Shown: positions 35,471 to 47,319 of the stretch, piece after piece
How the letters are laid out: each line of letters starts with the position of its first letter
Numbering within the stretch: the stretch's first letter is position 1
Source of the DNA: Mobula hypostoma
Lineage: Eukaryota
Reading direction: 5' to 3'
Length of the DNA stretch: 64,000 nt
NCBI RefSeq assembly: GCF_963921235.1
Contig: NC_086097.1
Span: forward strand, 17,174,001-17,238,000
The notes under the pieces: model-generated
The model's input: the letters and a program-made list of their open reading frames with translations, nothing else
The model's database searches: none
What the model was told of the DNA's origin: nothing
Translations under genes and position numbers: made by a program

Positions 35471-37599
35471 ATGAATTGTTCAAATCCCCAAACCCCCTCG
35501 TCAGAAAAAAGTAACAGCTACAATGCCATCAAATCCTCAAATCCCCAAATCCCCAACCCCCTCACTCGCAGAAAAGGACAACGGCAATAGCATCAAATAC
35601 CCCGACGCCCTTTCTTACATATAACCCACACAGACAAACACCAACAAGAAGATCAGAGGCCAAATCCCCAACCCCTCCCTCTCACAAAAACTAACAATTC
35701 ACCAGGACCTGTGCTGTAGCACGCTATGACTCTAATGCTTTCCTGTTTACCTACTGATGGATTTGTACATCCACACATATCCAACTTGATTCTTGCTTCC
35801 CAGGGTAGTGTACCATAGAAACATATAAAATTGGTCAATCAGGCTCTTGGTCAAAAGGAGAGGCTAAATGGAGTGTGTGATGGAGAAATCTTAATAGTTT
35901 CCTGAACCATAAAGAACAATGTGACGAATAAAAATCACCTTTTTTCCAAAAGGGAGAACAAAGTATAATGGGAGAAGCAGCTTGATGGCATCTCGTTTTG
36001 GAATTGAGTTTAACAGCTGAATGGAAACTGGGCAAAGGAGCAGGAAAAAAGGGAATTGTCTTTTACCAGCAGATACGCTCTCAGGTATTTTTGAATCAAG
36101 TGCTACTGTGTTATGGTAAACATTTAATGTATCATTGCTAAGGTTCCAAGACCTCTCCTTCATGCACCACACTCGGGTTTGGATGACTTCACTGTGTCCA
36201 GCCTGTGCACAGTAATTATAGAACTTTCCACAGAAGTTTGGCTTATGTACCAAGGCAGATTTATTATTTCATTTTATGAGCCAAATTATTTAATGTAGCT
36301 GTAGAGAACAAGCCAGTCACAGTGATGTCATCTTTCCCAGATTGAAGAAATTAGTCATGTTGAGTTCAACATGTCAAATGTTTATAATCTCGGCCGTAAA
36401 TGTGGTAAGATAAACACAGCAGACTGCACAATCTGGGCAAAAAAATATTCATTAACAAAGAATTTATAGAGCATTGAAAAAAAAGTACAATCTAGATCAA
36501 TAGAAAATGATCGGAGATGTTTATTTCCAAATCTCTAGACTGGACTATTCATTTCTCACATGTTTTATTGGTTGGATTGTGTCTACTGAACTTTAGTAAA
36601 TGTTGTTCTACAAATTAATCCATTGAGAAGGGTAAATAAGATTTCATAACCAATCTTGAACAATAAGACTTGTTTTTATTGAACTCAGAAGGCATTCTGA
36701 ATCCAGAAAGCTTTCAACCATTGGCCCAAAATATTTCTTACAAACCTCAGTCGTTCTTTTGAAAGCTGAACTATTGACTCAGTTGTAGAAACACAGCTCG
36801 GTGATTCAGGATATCCATCTCATTCTACTATTCAATTAGATTTTATCTGACCTCCAAATGTATAGCTCTGACTACTTATCGTTTGGTAGCCTTACCTCAC
36901 AGAAATCTTGATGACTGCCATAGCTATTTAAATTTCATTTGTATATCAATTTTTCCCTAAGGATTGGGGTACACAATAACACCAGGCAATGAAATGCCAA
37001 TGTTGTTTGCATCACAGGTCTGAAATCTTGGTGTAGTGCTTCAGAAAGGTAGGACTTATTCAAACTCTTTTCTCCTATATTTCTGATGGTAGTCATTTAC
37101 AATAGACACAGTGGCATTGAGTTACTTACTGGCCTTGTAATCCAGGTCCGGACTCATAATCCAAGAGCAAAATATTTGAATGCTGAGAAAACTATAAAGA
37201 AAGCACTATGAAAAGCAATTTACTTGAAATATTAAATCTTCACAGATGCTGCCTGAGTTGTTGAGTACCTTCAGCATATACTTTACAGCTTCATCCACAG
37301 CTTCATCCTTCATCAGGAATCCTACAGGGACTGGGGTGTAGTTACACTGAATTCAAAGAATTTATCCTACCAGAATGACGTTAACATGATTTACTCTTCC
37401 CTGTCCTCTGGTGGTCCACTAAAGCAGTGAGATTGAAAATTAAGTTACATGCACATCAACAATATTGTTAGCATCCTTCTCCTCCGAACCAAGTCGTACT
37501 CTTATAGAAAATTTCAGAAAGCCATTGGTGGAAGATTGAAAGCAGACTTTTGAACTTTTCAGTAATGGGACTTTCATAGTTTGAAGATCAAGCTTGTTT

Positions 37600-38650
37600 T
37601 ACTTTTAAATGGTGAATTATTGGATTTCAAAATGGTGACTAGTGGTGAGCTGCAAGGGTCAGTACAGTATTGGCACTGCTTCTTTTCATGTTGGATGTCA
37701 ATGATTTGGATAAAGGAACTAATGGCTTTGTGGCCAAGTTTGCGGACAATATGAAAGTAGGTCAAAGGGGAGGTAGAGTTGATGAAGCAGGGTGTCTATA
37801 GAAGGACTTATTCAGATTGGGAGGGTGGGCAAAGAAGTGGCAGATTAAATATAATGTAGGGATGTGCATGGTCATGCACTTTGGCAGAAAGAATAAAGAC
37901 GGAGACTATTTTGTAAATGGGGAATAAATTCCAAAATTGAAGGTGCAGAGGGAAATGGGAGTCCTTGTGCAGAATTCCCTAAAGGCTAACTTGCAGGTTG
38001 AGACAGTGGCAAGGAAGCATTTATTTCAAGACTAGAATAAAAGAGCAAGGATTTAATTCTTTATAAGGCATTAGTCAGATCACAACTGGGGTATTGTGAG
38101 CAATTTTCGGCCCCTTATGCCCAAAGGATGTGTTGGCATTCGAGAGAGTCCAGAGGAAGTTCATGAGAATGATCCCAGGAATGAAAGGGTTAACATATGA
38201 GGAGTATTTGATGGCTCTGGGTCTGTACTCAGTGGAGCTTAGAAAAAGGTGGGATCTCATTGAAAGCTATTGAATATGAAAGGTTTGGATAGAGTGGACG
38301 TGGAGAAGATATTTCCTATAGTGGAGTGGTCTTGGACCAGAGGACACAACTTCAGAATTGAGGGACGTCCATTTAAAACAGAGATGAGGAAAATATTTCT
38401 TTAGCCTGGAGGTAGTGAATCTGTGAAATTCTTTGCCACAGATGGCTGTGACGGCTAAGTCATTGGTATATACAGTATAAGGTGGAGGCTGTGTAAGTTC
38501 TTGATTAATTAAGGCATTAAAGTTAAGGAGAGAAGGCAGGAGAACAGTGTTGAGACAGATAATGTAACAGCCATGATGGAATGGTGGAGCAGAATTGATG
38601 GACTGAATGGCCTAATTCTGCTCAGAGGTCTTATAGGCTTGTAGTCTTAT
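37600..38650 (+). mobile_element. Degraded CR1 RT and 3' end
   Basis: gtgactagtggt…caagggtcagt, gccaagtttgcggac (KFAD), CR1 3' UTR. Confidence 0.85.
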
Positions 38651-38749
38651 GGACAGGTTTTTATTTTTCTGTTGGGAATCTCCTTCCTGAAAATTTCATG
38701 GTGAGAATTCCAACTTAAGCATCAAAGTTGATGCTTTCAGAAAGATATT

Positions 38750-38980
38750 TTATTTAGATATTCAGCACAGTAATGGGCCCTTCCAGCCCACCAAGCCCAT
38801 GCCACCCAAATACACCCATGTGATTAATTGACCTACTAATCTATACGACTTTGGAATATGGGAGAAAACCTGCACAATCATGGGAAGGATGTATAAACTC
38901 CTTTCCAACAGCAGCAGGAGTTGAACCCAGGTCCCTAGCACTGTAGAAGTGTTACACTAACCGCTATGCTACCATGCCAT
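38750..38980 (-). mobile_element. HE1-type V-SINE
   Basis: Reverse V-domain ttggaatatgggagaaaacc and reverse tRNA head gttgaacccaggtcc…taaccgctatgctacc. Confidence 0.75.
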
Positions 38981-39355
38981 CCATTAAGATAGATTGACTT
39001 ACATAAACCAAAAAAAATCAAAAATTGCATTAGAGAAACAGTAAAGATGGACATTACAAAGAAAAATACAAAGAGTCATAAAATATTTCTTTCATTTTGC
39101 AGAATTTTCAAGTTACTTTTAGTCTTATTATTTCAAGACAGCTACTCCTGAGATTAGAGCAATTCGGTTCTTGTAAAATATTATGTTGAGAAACTGGCTG
39201 TGAGACACTAAACTGTTGTTTTGCTCTTTGCAATTGCCAAATCTTATTTTCAGGAAAAAATCATGAGAGTGGTCAGAAAGATGCTCGAAACAATGTTACA
39301 AATATTCAGATTCAGATTCATTTATTTATTACACATATATCAAAGAACAGTGAAG

Positions 39356-39563
39356 TAACAAACAAACCCTTCTTGGACTTCCTGCCAGATGCAGGTATCA
39401 ATTGTAACTGATGATTCAATGACAAACTCTGTCACCTTCTGAAGAAGGTGGCAGAGTTTGTCATAAAAACATTGGCTATAATCAATACCCGTACCCAACT
39501 GGAAGGTTGGGAAGAGTTTATTCGTCATATATGTTGGGAAAGCACGAGATCCTTTTCTTTTTC
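39356..39563. mobile_element. Palindromic Penelope-like pLTR-derived insertion with degenerate hammerhead motif
   Basis: 9-bp TSD acagtgaag (39347-39355 / 39564-39572); 21-bp central stem 39419-39439 / 39444-39464; CTGAAGA at 39439. Confidence 0.7.
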
Positions 39564-40476
39564 ACAGTGAAGCGCTTTGTTTGCATTAGCATCACAGGAG
39601 TAGTTGTAAGGAGTTTCTGCATTCTCCCTGTGACTGTGTAGGTTTCCTCCGGTGCTCAGGTTTCCTCCCATATTCCAAAGACAAATGGATTAGTAGGTTA
39701 ATTGGTCACATGGCTGGGGCAGCCCCAAGTCCTGCCACACATAATATCCTCACACGGTTCAGGAGAACAACACAAGAAACCACAACAACAACAACAGCAA
39801 CAAAATAACACCAGCAAACCAAGCCCTTTCCTCTTTCTCACCCACTCACCCACACGAACCTATTGTCTTCCAACCGTAGGACAGGCGGTCTCTGCACATC
39901 CAGCCTCCCGAAGACCCAGAGATATCGGGCCTCCGACTGCAATAGCAGACCTGAGTGGTTCCAAACAGGGTCAGGCTCCACAGAACACAGCTGCAAACAT
40001 TTACAATGGGGGAATCATTGTAGTGTGTTAGCTTTGAAAAGCACACTCCCAAGGCAGTCGCATAGCAGCAACACATTACGGCTTCCTTAAAGCAGAGAGT
40101 GAGGCTGCAGGGGAGAATAATTCAGTCCTTAAACTTGGATAAAGATTAAAGAAGAGCTGCCCTGCAATAGCATAAACCATTTCTAAATTCTGCAAGAGTA
40201 TTTACAAACTGTGAAACTTATCCTTAGTAGACACTAGAGTTAAAAAGTCTAACACTAGAAGCACAGGTTTAAACTAAGGGTGGGAGGTAAAGAAAGGATC
40301 ACAGGAGGGACTTTTTCACCCAAAGGATGGTCGGAATCTGAAATACATAACCTGAATGAGCAATGGAAGCAGGTGCTCACACAATAGTTAGGAATTATGT
40401 AGGTGAGCGCAGACCTGGATGACTGTGGACCAATTGCTGGTATGCCTTCATCGTGATTGCATCAATATATTGGGCC

Positions 40477-40781
40477 GAGTGTTGGCACATGGCCAAGTGG
40501 TTAAGGTGCTCGTCTAGTGATTTGAAGGTCGCTAGTTCGAGCCTTGGCTGAGGCAGCGTGGGTGTCCTTGAGCAAGGCACTTAACCACACATTGCCCTGT
40601 GACGATACTGGTGCCAAGCTGTATGGGTCCTAATGCCCTTCCCTTGGACAACATCAGTGGCATGGAGAGGGAAGACTTGCATCATGCGCAATTGCTGGTC
40701 TTCCATAAAGCCTTGCCCAGGCCTGCGCCCTGGAAACTTTCCAAGGTGCAAATCCATAGTCTCATGAGACTAATGGATGCT
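40477..40781 (+). mobile_element. tRNA-derived SINE with CORE-like centre
   Basis: Box A tggccaagtgg, box B gttcgagcc, gtgtccttgagcaaggcacttaacc; 9-bp TSD tattgggcc (40468-40476 / 40782-40790); second copy at 55345-55673. Confidence 0.85.
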
Positions 40782-41005
40782 TATTGGGCCCAGGATAGAC
40801 CCTCTGAAATGTTGACTTGAAACTGCTCACCCTACCCACTTCAATGATTCGAAACAGAAAGGATTTTGCCAGAGATTAGAGGGCAATGAAGAAAATGGGT
40901 GTTTTAAAAAATTATTCCACTTTAATACTTATTTTATGTATTTATATGTTTTAACCGTTTTAGGCTTATTTTTGAAAGATTTTTTAAAATAAATTACTTC
41001 AGTTT

Positions 41006-41389
41006 TGGGTGGCAGTGTGGAGATATGTCTCTACCAAAAGAGGTGCTATGTACTCCTTCCCTCTGTTAGCCTGCAAGTCACCCTTGGACAAGGTGTAGCA
41101 CCTGCTTAGTCCCCCCGATGAGGATGATGTGAAGCCATGAGAGCAGGAGGTGGATGGTCATATGAGCAGCTGGTGCATATCACAAGTCCTGGTTATGCAA
41201 CCACTGACGCCAGTCAGACAATCTCTGAATAGCACTGATAATGGTTGAGGTCACCTATCTTGTAAAAACACCACCCAGAAGAAAGCAAAGGCGAATCACT
41301 TGTGTAGAAAATCTTGCCAAGGACAACCATGGTCATGAAAAGACCATGATTGTCTGTGTCATACAACACGGCAGATGACAAATCAACGA
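41006..41389 (+). mobile_element. Non-autonomous RTE-type retroposon
   Basis: 10-bp TSD acttcagttt (40996-41005 / 41390-41399); RTE-like 3' region ggcgaatcacttg…cttgccaaggacaaccatgg. Confidence 0.7.
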
Positions 41390-41624
41390 ACTTCAGTTTC
41401 AGTTATTTTTCAGTGTCCCTGAAAATAACAGTCCTTTGATAGCTATCAAAATCTGATTACGGTTCAGAACCAGAATCAGAGTCAGAACCATAATCAGGTT
41501 TATTATCACTGATATATGTTATTAAATTTATTGTTTTTTTTGGCAGTAGTACAGCACAATACATTAAAATTACTATAAGTTACAATAAGACTATAAATAG
41601 AGAGGTAGCGTTCATGGGTTCAAA

Positions 41625-42830
41625 CTTCAAAATTCAAAGTAAGTTTATTATCAAAATACACATATGTCACCATATACAAAGCTAAGATTCCTTTTCTTGC
41701 AAGCAATCACAGTAAATACAAGAAACACAATAGAATAAATGATAGATCACACCAAACAGGGTGAACAACAATCAATGTAAAAATACAAAACTAAATAATA
41801 ATAATAATAATAATATTAAAATATATAAGCAATAAATATCAAGAATATGAGATGAAGAGTCCATGAAAGTGAGTCTAGTTCATTGGGAACAGTTCAGTGA
41901 TGGGGCAAGTGAAGTTATCCCCTCTGATCAAACTGTCATAACTGTTCCTGAACCTGGGGGTGCAGGATCTGAGGCTCCTGTAACTTCTTCCTGATGGCAG
42001 TAGCAAGAAGAGATCATGGCCTTGGTGGTGGGGGACCCTGATGATGGATGCTGCTTTCCTGAGACAATGCTTCATGTAGATGTGCTCCGTAGTGGGGAGG
42101 GCTTTACCCATGATGGACTGAGCCATATCTACTACTTTTTGTATGATTTTCCATTTAAGGGCATTGGTGTTTCCATACCAGGCCATGATACCACCAGTCA
42201 ATATAGTCTCCACCATACATACATCTATAAAAGTTTGTAAAAATTTCAGATGACGTACTGAATCTACACAAACTTCAAAGTAGAGGCGCTGCCGTGCTTT
42301 CTTCATAATGGTACTTACATGCTGGACATAAGACAGATTCTTCAATAAGTTAATACCGAGGAATTTAAAGTTGCAGAAACCTCTCTACCTCTCAGTGAGG
42401 GCTGGCTCCTGGGCCCCCAGTTTCCTCCTCCTGAAATCAATAATCAACTCCTTGGTCCTGCTGACATTGAGTGATACGTTGTGGTTGCAACACCCCCTAA
42501 GCCAGATTTTCAGACTCCCTCCTATGTGCGGATTCATCGCCACCCTTGCCAACAACAATGGTGTTGTTGGCAAATTTAAGTATGACATTGGAGCTGTGTT
42601 CACCCTCACAGTCATAAGTATAAAGTGAATAGAGCAGCGGACTAAGCACACAGCCTTGTGGTGCACCTGTGCTGACGGCGATTGTGGAGGAGATGTTGTT
42701 GCCAATCCGAACTGACAAGGGTCTGCAAGTTAGGAAATCGAGGATCCTTGCACAAGGATACAAAGAGACCTAGGACTTAAAACTTAATAATTAGTTCTGA
42801 AGAGATAATAGAATTGAATGCTGAGCTGTT
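41625..42830 (-). mobile_element. Rex1/Babar RT and 3' end
   Basis: [22 protein letters not shown]…KFANNT, NVSRTKELIIDFRR, LLPSGRSYRSL. Confidence 0.9.
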
Positions 42831-42831
42831 G

Positions 42832-43990
42832 AATTTCATCATCAAACATTTCCACAAGATGTATTTCAGATACTGTACATATGTATCATATAATAATATT
42901 TGTCACAAATCTCCACATAATATTTATCTGAGGTATACACTTACAGAAAGGAGAGGAAAGAAAGATTAATCGAAAGAAGAAAATCATGTACTGAGTAGGG
43001 AGTGATCTATTTTTTACAACATATACATTGACTTGTGAAAATAAAATCAGGCCTATGAGGTGTTATGCAGTTACACCATTTTTTCCAGTATGAATAAAAT
43101 TGTTCCAACTTATGATTAACAGATGCTGTTATCTTCTCCATTTTGTAAATGTCCATTGTAATTTCCATCCATACATTTAAAGTTGGGCTCTCCTGTGATA
43201 ACCATTTCCTGGTAAGGGTCTTTTTACCAGCCATCAGCAAATTAATATTCATTAAATATTTATCTCTTTTCAACCAATCTTGAGGTATATACCCAAAATA
43301 CATGGTCTTACTCTCTAAGGGTATTTCACATTTAAAGATGTCTTGTAGGGCATTATGTATCCCACTCCAATAGTCTTTGCATTCCCAGAAAATATGATAA
43401 TGGTTTGCATTTTGATTTCCACAATTTCTCCAGCAAACAGGGGGGTTACTATTATAATGGGATTTCTGAGAGGGTGTAATAAAATATCTTATCAAGTTTT
43501 TCCACCTGAACTCCTTCCATTCCTGTGAACTGGTACACTTCCATTGATACCTCCATATTATTGTCCAGTCTTCCTCAGATATTATTATCCCTCCTTCCTT
43601 CTCCCATTTTGTTTTAATGTATGAAGTCGAATGTGCTTTAAGATTTGACAAACCCTTATAAACGCTTGAAATTATTCTACTACCGTTGTCTGAATTATAT
43701 GCTTTTCTAAGTAGCTCTATCAGACATGTACTTGCCTTGGTTACATTTTTAACCATCCTATTAACATACTGTCGCATCTGTAAATACCGGTAAAAGTCTT
43801 CTTTTTCTAATAAGTGTTTCTCTTTGAGCATTTCAAAACTGAACAGTGTTCCTTCTTTCATTATATTGCAAGTAGCTGTTATTCCTTTCGCTGTCCAGTC
43901 CTTAAATCTAGCATCCAGTTTATTTGGCGTAAAATCCGAGTCATATGCGCACTATTTAAGAATTGCAATGTCTCTCTAATTTATATTCTT
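42832..43990 (-). mobile_element. 5'-truncated L1-clade LINE
   Basis: ORF2 C-terminus with CCHC-type motif and AT-rich 3' UTR. Confidence 0.85.
43007..43861 (-). pseudogene. L1 ORF2 C-terminal fragment, 284 codons open
   Basis: FYRYLQMR, KTKWEKE, CWRNCG…HYHIFWEC, MEKIT…W. Confidence 0.85.
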
Positions 43991-44131
43991 TTATTTTTTG
44001 ATCACGTTTTGCACTATTCACCTAATTTATATTTTAATATATACTTTTAGTGAAATTTATTGTTTTTATTAATATATATTGTGATATAATGCACTGCAAA
44101 ACAGCAAGTTTCATGACACATGTTAGTGATA

Positions 44132-44900
44132 CATGCGGCTGTGGAGGCCAAGTCATTGGGTGTATTTAAGGCAGAGATAGATAGGTTCTTGATTAGCCAG
44201 GGCATCAAAGGGTATGAGGTGAAAGCAGGGGAGTGGGGTTGACTGGAAGGATTGGATCAGCCCATGATTAAATGGCGGAGCAGACACAGTGGGCCGAATG
44301 GCCTAGTTCTGCTCCTATATTTTATGGTCTTATGATTTTGATTTTGAGGTTATGGTCATTGAATATAGGAACTAGGACATTATTTTGTAATTGTGTAAGT
44401 CGTTGGCGAGGCTCCACAGAGTACTGTGCAGAGTTTTTGTCACCTTGTTATAGGAAAGATATTATTAAACTAGAAAGAGTCGAGAGTGGATTTCCCAGGA
44501 TAGTGCCTGGATTTGGGGGCCTGAATTACAAGGAGAGCTTAGGGAGGCCCGGATGTAATTCTCTGAAATGTTGGAAATTGACAGCTGACCTGATCATGGT
44601 ATACAAGATCATGAGGTGCATAGTCTTTTTCCTAGGGAGGAGGTGTTAAAAACAAGAAGGCATGGGTAAGATCAGAGGTGGGAGATTTAATAAAGGACAT
44701 CAGGACAGCATTTTTATGCAAAGGGTGGTGCATATATATTTGGAGTGAGCTTCCAGAAATGGTGGTTGAGGCAAGCATAAGAACAATTTTTAAGTGACAT
44801 CTGGGTAAGTACATGGACAGAAGGTATTTAGAGGGCTATGGGCCAAATACAGTTGTCTGGGCAACACAGCCAATATGGATGAGTTAGGCTGAAGACTCAA
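44132..44900 (+). mobile_element. Two consecutive CR1 3' fragments
   Basis: 44132-44340 CR1 3' UTR; 44360-44900 EYCAEFLSPCYRKDIIKLERV. Confidence 0.8.
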
Positions 44901-45461
44901 CGACTGTATGACTCCATGACAGATTCTGGACAAAACGTATACAAAACATTGCCAATATTGAGCATGCATTCATAGGAGATGGATTTGGAAATGGTTTTTA
45001 CATGCACAGATTGGCAGCAGCATAGAGCAAATTTGCCCCAAGCATGTCTATAACCATGAAATGGCCACATCACAATTCCAAGTAAAGGCACAATTTCAGT
45101 AAGACACCTACATCTACACCCTCTCAACCTCAGCATTGTTGATCTAGGCACATATCTCTGCCTATTTCAACAACGTTGAGGTTGAGAGTGTTGAAAGCTT
45201 CAAGTCCCTGGGAGTGAGCATCACCAACAGCCAGTCCTGGTCCAATGAAGTGGACGCATGACCAAGAAAGCTCACTAACACTTCTACTTCATTTGAAGGT
45301 TAAAGAAACAAGCATGCCCCCGTCAACCCCTAATAATTATATCTAAGTTTCAGGGAAAGCATCCTATCTGGATGCATAATAGTTTGCTATGGCAACTGCA
45401 AGAATCTGCAGTTTGTGGGCACAGCTCATCACAGAAACCAGCCGCCCCTTTATTGTCTGGC

Positions 45462-45749
45462 TGTGGCGACCCACTTTCTGGCACACACGAACCGGCTCAC
45501 GAAACAGCACACGCAGGCAGAGGGCCAGCCCAGAAAAGGGCGCCAGGCCATCTTCACCAGCAGGGGTATAATCCCGCGCGCGGGAAGGGTCTGGGAATAT
45601 GCATTCCCCTTGGCAGTCCTGCCCCAGGGAGGGCGGGAATGGGAAGGCTTTAAAGCAGGCCGCGAAGTTTGAATAAATCTCTTTCATCGCAACTCTAACT
45701 CACTGACTCCGTGTGGTTATTCTAGCGCTGTGTGTAGCACACCGCTACA
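45462..45749 (+). mobile_element. Solo LTR (288 bp), probably Gypsy-type
   Basis: TG…CA termini with TGTGGCG / CGCTACA inverted repeat; TATA-like tttaaa followed by AATAAA; CpG-rich; interrupts Rex1. Confidence 0.7.
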
Positions 45750-45941
45750 TTTCTATACTTCTCATTGCTTCGGCAAAGCAGCCAGTATAATCAAAGACGC
45801 CATTCACCCTGATATTCTCTCTTCTTCCCTCTCCGTGGGCATAAGACACAAAAGCCTGAAAGCACATACCACCAGGCTCAAGGACAATTTCTAGTCCACT
45901 GCTATAAGACTGTGAAATGGTTCCTTAGTACAACTCTTGAT

Positions 45942-46284
45942 CAATGTTCCCTCTAATTTATAATGACCAGTGTGTGCAAAAATCTTGTGCTTTGCATTAT
46001 TTTCCCCAGTGACAACACGTGCACACTGGATAATTTCTTCAATAAAAACAGTAGAAATAAGCTAGTTGTAAAACTGCAGACAAATCGTCGCAAACTCCAC
46101 GTTGTCAACACCATCCACGTCAGAAACCAGAAGAGGAAATACGATTGTGTACAATCATGAAATATACTCAACATGCCAGTGAGGTAGAGGGTTATAACCT
46201 TTTGTGCGCAGTTTAAATTCCCTTGTGTGTTAATAGCAAAAGATGTGTGCATGTGCACAAGCGCATACCTTAGAGAGAACTTTG
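45942..46284. mobile_element. hAT-superfamily MITE (343 bp)
   Basis: 15-bp TIRs caatgttccctctaa / ttagagagaactttg (2 mismatches); 8-bp TSD ctcttgat / ctcttgac. Confidence 0.8.
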
Positions 46285-46779
46285 CTCTTGACATCATGAT
46301 CTTGTTATGAACCTGCACCTTATCATCTACTGGCACTACACTTTATTCTCCATTCTGTTTTTCTCACCTTCTACTATCTCAATTCTGTGTAACGAATGGA
46401 TCTGTATGAATAGTATACAAGGCAAGCTTTGCACAGTACTTCAGTACGTATGACAATAATAAACCAATTCCATTTTAGATTCAAATTCCAATGAGTCCAC
46501 GGTGAATTTGTTGGAAAGTAAACCATTAGTTCCTCATTCTCATTGATACATGTTTGAAATTGATGAAACAGCTGATTGTATAATAGCTGATAGTACCATT
46601 GGAGTTGAGCTGGACCTTTGCTATGCTTAGAAGCATTTTTGTCTGACAATAAGTCTTCCATTTTTTCAGAATATCATGCTAAATAACCACATTGAATACC
46701 TATTGATTTTCCCATGAGATCCTGCTTCTAATGAGACATTGTGTGTGTGTGTGATAGAAGAAGCCTCAAAGAAGCAGAT

Positions 46780-47275
46780 TTTAAGGCTGATCTATCTTCA
46801 TGATGAATCAGTGACTGGCTAACTTGTTTAAATACGTATAACTTCACACTTGACTACAGGTTTTACTCCTGTTGAGCTGGATGTTAATGCATCACGGTAT
46901 TTGCAACAAATTGAGGTTGACCCAGCGCAACACAGGGAGAAAGTAGTGAGGCAACAATTGGAGTAAAAGGAAGTATCCTGAAGGAAAGAAAAAATAGTTC
47001 CATCTAAGTGAAAGAATTTGCGTCACAAGGTCAGTAAGTGACTTCAAGATTCAACAGTCCAGACCTGAAAAAGTGCTTGGAAATAACGGCAGAAGTGTTG
47101 ATATTGATCAAATGATCACAACGAGACACAAGTCCAAAGATACTGAAGTAATTTGTGACAATGAATCTATTCCAGATGTTGATGTATAATCAGCAACTGG
47201 TGAAGAATCACAGAACCCCTGTGAGATGTGCTAAAAGATTAGCGTGATCTTAAGTTCAAGGAGATAATGCATCAT
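46780..47275 (+). mobile_element. Decayed Gypsy integrase C-terminal remnant
   Basis: LFKY(R)ITSHLTTGFTPVEL with one frameshift; purine-rich PPT-like aaggagataa at ~47258. Confidence 0.45.
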
Positions 47276-47319
47276 TAGAAACAAGTGCACAGCTGACAAA
47301 GTCAACCCAAATCAGGCAA

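Larger units (their letters stand above)
45090..46480 (+). mobile_element. Rex1/Babar 3' part hosting a solo LTR and a hAT MITE
   Basis: VERVESFK-LGV-IT, KAASIIKD; tail gacaataataaaccaattcc. Confidence 0.75.

Noticed and set aside
40480..40560. tRNA gene
   Set aside because: It is the tRNA-derived head of a SINE with body, TSD and a second copy; no complete cloverleaf or terminator
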